Positions 57,329-59,222 of a DNA stretch of 59,222 nt are shown in pieces. A model generated the notes under the pieces. The model worked only from the letters and a program-made list of their open reading frames with translations, made no database searches and was not told the origin of the DNA. The position numbers and the translations under genes were made by a program. Numbering within the stretch: position 1 is the stretch's first letter; every line of letters begins with the position of its first letter. The stretch spans positions 1-59,222 of the forward strand of contig CANQVM010000003.1 in the NCBI GenBank assembly GCA_947627265.1. The letters run 5' to 3'. Source of the stretch: an uncultured Clostridia bacterium (GTDB lineage: Bacteria > Bacillota > Clostridia > TANB77 > CAG-508).

Positions 57329-57536
57329 GATACTGTAAGAGGTGCAGCAGCAAGGTTTCGGAATAAGTAAAAGTACGGTACATAAAGATGTATCTGAAAG
57401 ACTAAAAAAAATAAATCCAAATTTAGCAAGAGAAGTAAGGATAATTTTAGATGAAAATAAAGCAGAAAGACACATAAGAGGAGGAATGGCTACAAAAATG
57501 AAATATAGTCACTTAAATAAAGAAAAGGGAATTTGA
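57266..57536 (+). CDS. spoIIID: Sporulation transcription regulator SpoIIID, joined by a +1 shift at CGG 57359, 89 aa
   Basis: IEERAIQLAKYII...TVRGAAARF-G-ISKSTVHKDVSERL...NKAERHIRGGMATK.KY. Confidence 0.95.
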
Positions 57537-57551
57537 TGGTAAATCAAATTC

Positions 57552-57596
57552 TTTTTTATACAATAGGAAAGTTATCCCTTCCTATTGTATAAAAAA
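57552..57596. terminator. Terminator after spoIIID
   Basis: TTTTTTATACAATAGGAA...TTCCTATTGTATAAAAAA. Confidence 0.75.
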
Positions 57597-57733
57597 CTTC
57601 GCCTTAACTTGTACAGAAATCTTCTAGCGAAAATTTTGTACACAGAACAAATTAACGGAAAGCCAACTATAAAGGTTAATATGACCTAAAAGAGTAAGGC
57701 TTTCTGATTTGTTCTATAGTAAATTTTGTTACT

Positions 57734-57761
57734 CACAAATCGACAAATTTTGACATATAAT
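57734..57761 (+). promoter_or_regulatory. Sigma-K-like promoter of yabG
   Basis: cACA-16bp-CATAtaaT; yabG is sigma-K dependent in B. subtilis. Confidence 0.55.
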
Positions 57762-57781
57762 ACAGTAGCCTGAATAATGAG

Positions 57782-58642
57782 GTGAAGAATAAAATGAATC
57801 ATATAAAAAAAGGTGATATTGTAGGTAGAAAATCTTATGGAAAAGATATTATCTTTGTAGTTAGTAAAATTTTAGATAAACCAAAAGAAAAAATTGCTAT
57901 TTTAAATGGAGTTATAGAAAGAATAGAAGCAGATAGTGAATTATCAGATCTAGAAAAAATAGAAAAGCAAAAGGTAAAAGAAATATTAAATAAATTAGAT
58001 TATAAATTAGAAAAAAAAATTGCAGATTCAAAAAGACAAATAGAAGATAGAAATTATAAAATAGGAGTTATTACAAATAATACTAGAAATAAAGAAAAGA
58101 TAATAACAGGAAAAATACTTCATTTGGATGGCGATAGAAAGTATAGTGAAAAATCATACAGATATTATAAAAGGCTAGGATTAAATGCTATTGTAAAAAA
58201 TATACCTGAATATAAACAGCCAAAATTAGTATATAGATTATTAGAAGTGTATAACCCAGATATATTAGTAATTACAGGTCATGATGGAATGATAAAAAAA
58301 GGAACCAGATATAAAGATATTTATAATTATAGAAATTCAAGACATTTTATAGAAACTGTAAAGGAAGCAAGAAGATATGATAGGATAAACAATAAGAATC
58401 TAGTAATATTTGCAGGAGCATGTCAAAGTTATTTTGAAGCAATTATTTCAGCAGGTGCAAATTTTGCATCATCACCTGCTAGAATATTAATTGATTTTTT
58501 AGATCCATTGGTGGTTGCAGAAAAAATAGCAATGACAGAAAGGTACAAATATGTTACCATTGATGACATAGCATATGATCTAAGAGATGGAAAAGATGGT
58601 GTAAGTGGTATTGGAGCAAATGGTAAAATGAAAATAAATTAA
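57782..58642 (+). CDS. yabG: Sporulation peptidase YabG
   Basis: 'GDIVGRKSYGKDIIF', 'LHLDGD', 'ITGHDG', 'FAGACQS', 'ANFASSP'. Confidence 0.95.
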   Translation: MKNKMNHIKKGDIVGRKSYGKDIIFVVSKILDKPKEKIAILNGVIERIEADSELSDLEKIEKQKVKEILNKLDYKLEKKIADSKRQIEDRNYKIGVITNNTRNKEKIITGKILHLDGDRKYSEKSYRYYKRLGLNAIVKNIPEYKQPKLVYRLLEVYNPDILVITGHDGMIKKGTRYKDIYNYRNSRHFIETVKEARRYDRINNKNLVIFAGACQSYFEAIISAGANFASSPARILIDFLDPLVVAEKIAMTERYKYVTIDDIAYDLRDGKDGVSGIGANGKMKIN

Positions 58643-58774
58643 TCTATAAATAAAAATAACCCAACTTAATATAATTGTAATATAAATGTAATAAAAATGT
58701 AAATTTAAGACAAAAAATTCACACAATTCCTTTTAAACAGGGCATATTAATAATTCGATAAGAACAAATATTTT

Positions 58775-58803
58775 TTGACAATTTTAGCTAAAAATGCTAT
58801 AAT
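58775..58803 (+). promoter_or_regulatory. Strong sigma-A promoter of veg
   Basis: TTGACA-17bp-TATAAT with extended TG. Confidence 0.88.
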
Positions 58804-58832
58804 CAAGCCATCTTAAGGGAGTAGGTGATAGG

Positions 58833-59129
58833 ATGATTTGTCGATCAGATATAACAAATCTAAAAACTGACATCTTAGAGAAAGTGGGTCAAAAGATAAT
58901 AGTAAAAGGTTCTTTAGGAAGAAGTAAGGCCTTTGAAAAAGAAGCTACAATAGAAAAGGTATATCCTAATATTTTTGTTGTAAAATACGAGGAAAATAAT
59001 AGAAATGTAACTTATAGTTACACAGATGTTTTAACGAGAACTGTTGAAGTTGAAGTTTTTGATGGAGATTCATATTCACCATTAATTCCGCCTGCGCCAG
59101 AACAAAAGCTAAGAAAAACATCATTATAA
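58833..59129 (+). CDS. veg: Veg family protein
   Basis: 'GR.K...E.VYPNIFVV...VTYSYTDVLT..VE'; conserved yabG-veg order. Confidence 0.92.
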   Translation: MICRSDITNLKTDILEKVGQKIIVKGSLGRSKAFEKEATIEKVYPNIFVVKYEENNRNVTYSYTDVLTRTVEVEVFDGDSYSPLIPPAPEQKLRKTSL

Positions 59130-59151
59130 AAAGTAGAATTTAATTCTACTC

Positions 59152-59192
59152 AGACTGTTGACAAAGTATTTTTGTTAACAGTCTTTCTTTTT
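59152..59192 (+). terminator. Terminator after veg
   Basis: AGACTGTTGACAAA...TTTGTTAACAGTCT followed by a T-run. Confidence 0.7.
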
Positions 59193-59222
59193 AATAAAAA
59201 ATGTTGTAAAATAAACATGTCC

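Noticed and set aside
7866-57361. CGG as a simple sense-codon reassignment or a stop codon
   Set aside because: Homology continues in the +1 frame immediately after the C, which a triplet reassignment cannot explain.
7788-57536. Treating the 12 split genes as ordinary pseudogenes or random indel errors
   Set aside because: All 14 breaks are the same base at the same codon phase before a Gly codon, essential genes are affected, no other decay is visible, and the many long A/T runs are almost free of indels. A systematic artefact is not formally excluded without reads.

Overview
AT-rich chromosomal segment from a spore-forming Clostridia-like Firmicute (taxon inferred from spoIIID, yabG, veg, addB). 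It is mostly housekeeping (rnc, ogg, addB, pgeF, udg, leuS, topB, mfd, trmL, smc, Ca-type P-ATPase) plus accessory genes (TA pair, vWA/TelA operon, LemA/DUF3137, three MFS paralogues, amidoligase, heterodimeric ABC exporter). The main signal: 12 genes that look broken in the ORF track, including leuS, smc, mfd, topB and spoIIID, are all broken the same way at 14 sites. Each site is an in-frame CGG codon followed by A or T. Skipping the C (+1 shift) gives GGA/GGT = Gly, usually a conserved Gly, and restores a full-length protein. By eye I found no in-frame CGG in any intact gene, whereas about 50 out-of-frame CGG triplets are harmless. This points to a genome-wide recoding rule (CGGN read as one Gly, i.e. 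+1 frameshifting or quadruplet decoding at an unassigned CGG codon), although a systematic sequencing artefact must be excluded. Other observations: a ~537-bp direct repeat around the spoIIID 5' end, a hairpin that sequesters the spoIIID RBS, a MITE/ncRNA-like element upstream of rnc, a conventionally frameshifted RelE/ParE toxin and a 30-nt coding tandem repeat. All family assignments are from motif recognition, not database searches.
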